The position numbers were made by a program, and so were the translations under genes. Of a DNA stretch of 49,782 bases, positions 49,779 to 49,782 are shown piece by piece. This stretch comes from a virus: positions 1 through 49,782 of IMG/VR virus record IMGVR_UViG_3300031237_000008, one strand, 5' to 3'. A model generated the notes under the pieces. That model searched no databases and was not told the origin of the DNA. It saw only the letters and a list, made by a program, of their open reading frames with translations. Position 1 is the first letter of the stretch, and the number at the start of each line of letters is the position of its first letter.

Positions 49779-49782
49779 GGGA

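Overview
The window looks like a complete, visibly GC-rich dsDNA tailed-phage genome of about 49.8 kb. Its first 27 nt equal its last 27 nt, so it closes on itself.

Layout:
(1) Three short leftward early units, each promoter-gene-terminator, straddle the window ends (49726->49448, 49270->49091, 500->115).
(2) A rightward early/DNA-metabolism arm runs 741-18729. It holds many tiny Cys-rich ORFs, two HNH endonucleases, an opposite-strand RepA-like ATPase, a Pol-beta-type nucleotidyltransferase, RusA, a Cas4-like exonuclease plus RecT, a tRNA/ncRNA island, C5 and N4/N6 DNA methyltransferases, and a metallophosphoesterase.
(3) A leftward late arm runs 48283->18730. It holds an M15 endolysin, spanin-like and holin-like genes, large terminase, portal, scaffold, a glycosyltransferase/methyltransferase cluster, an intron-split major capsid gene, two receptor-binding proteins, a Hint-domain tail protein and internal virion proteins.

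I recognise no tape measure, tail tube or sheath, so it is podovirus-like. I also recognise no integrase, repressor, DNA polymerase or RNA polymerase.

Most notable observations:
(a) The C5-methyltransferase gene carries enzyme-type motifs in two overlapping same-strand frames, so a canonical enzyme is only assembled by reading frame A, then B, then A.
(b) A 683-nt group I intron with a LAGLIDADG endonuclease interrupts the major capsid gene. P1 and P10 pairings are readable directly.
(c) A Leu-like class II tRNA carries a UGG (Pro) anticodon, and a co-transcribed trailer holds a 13-nt perfect complement to its anticodon arm.
(d) A 32-unit hexanucleotide microsatellite lies in the early arm.
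(e) A LAGLIDADG domain is inserted in-frame in the N4/N6 methyltransferase.
(f) A sugar/methyl-transfer gene cluster sits inside the head module.

All functional calls rest on motif recognition by eye; no database search was run.
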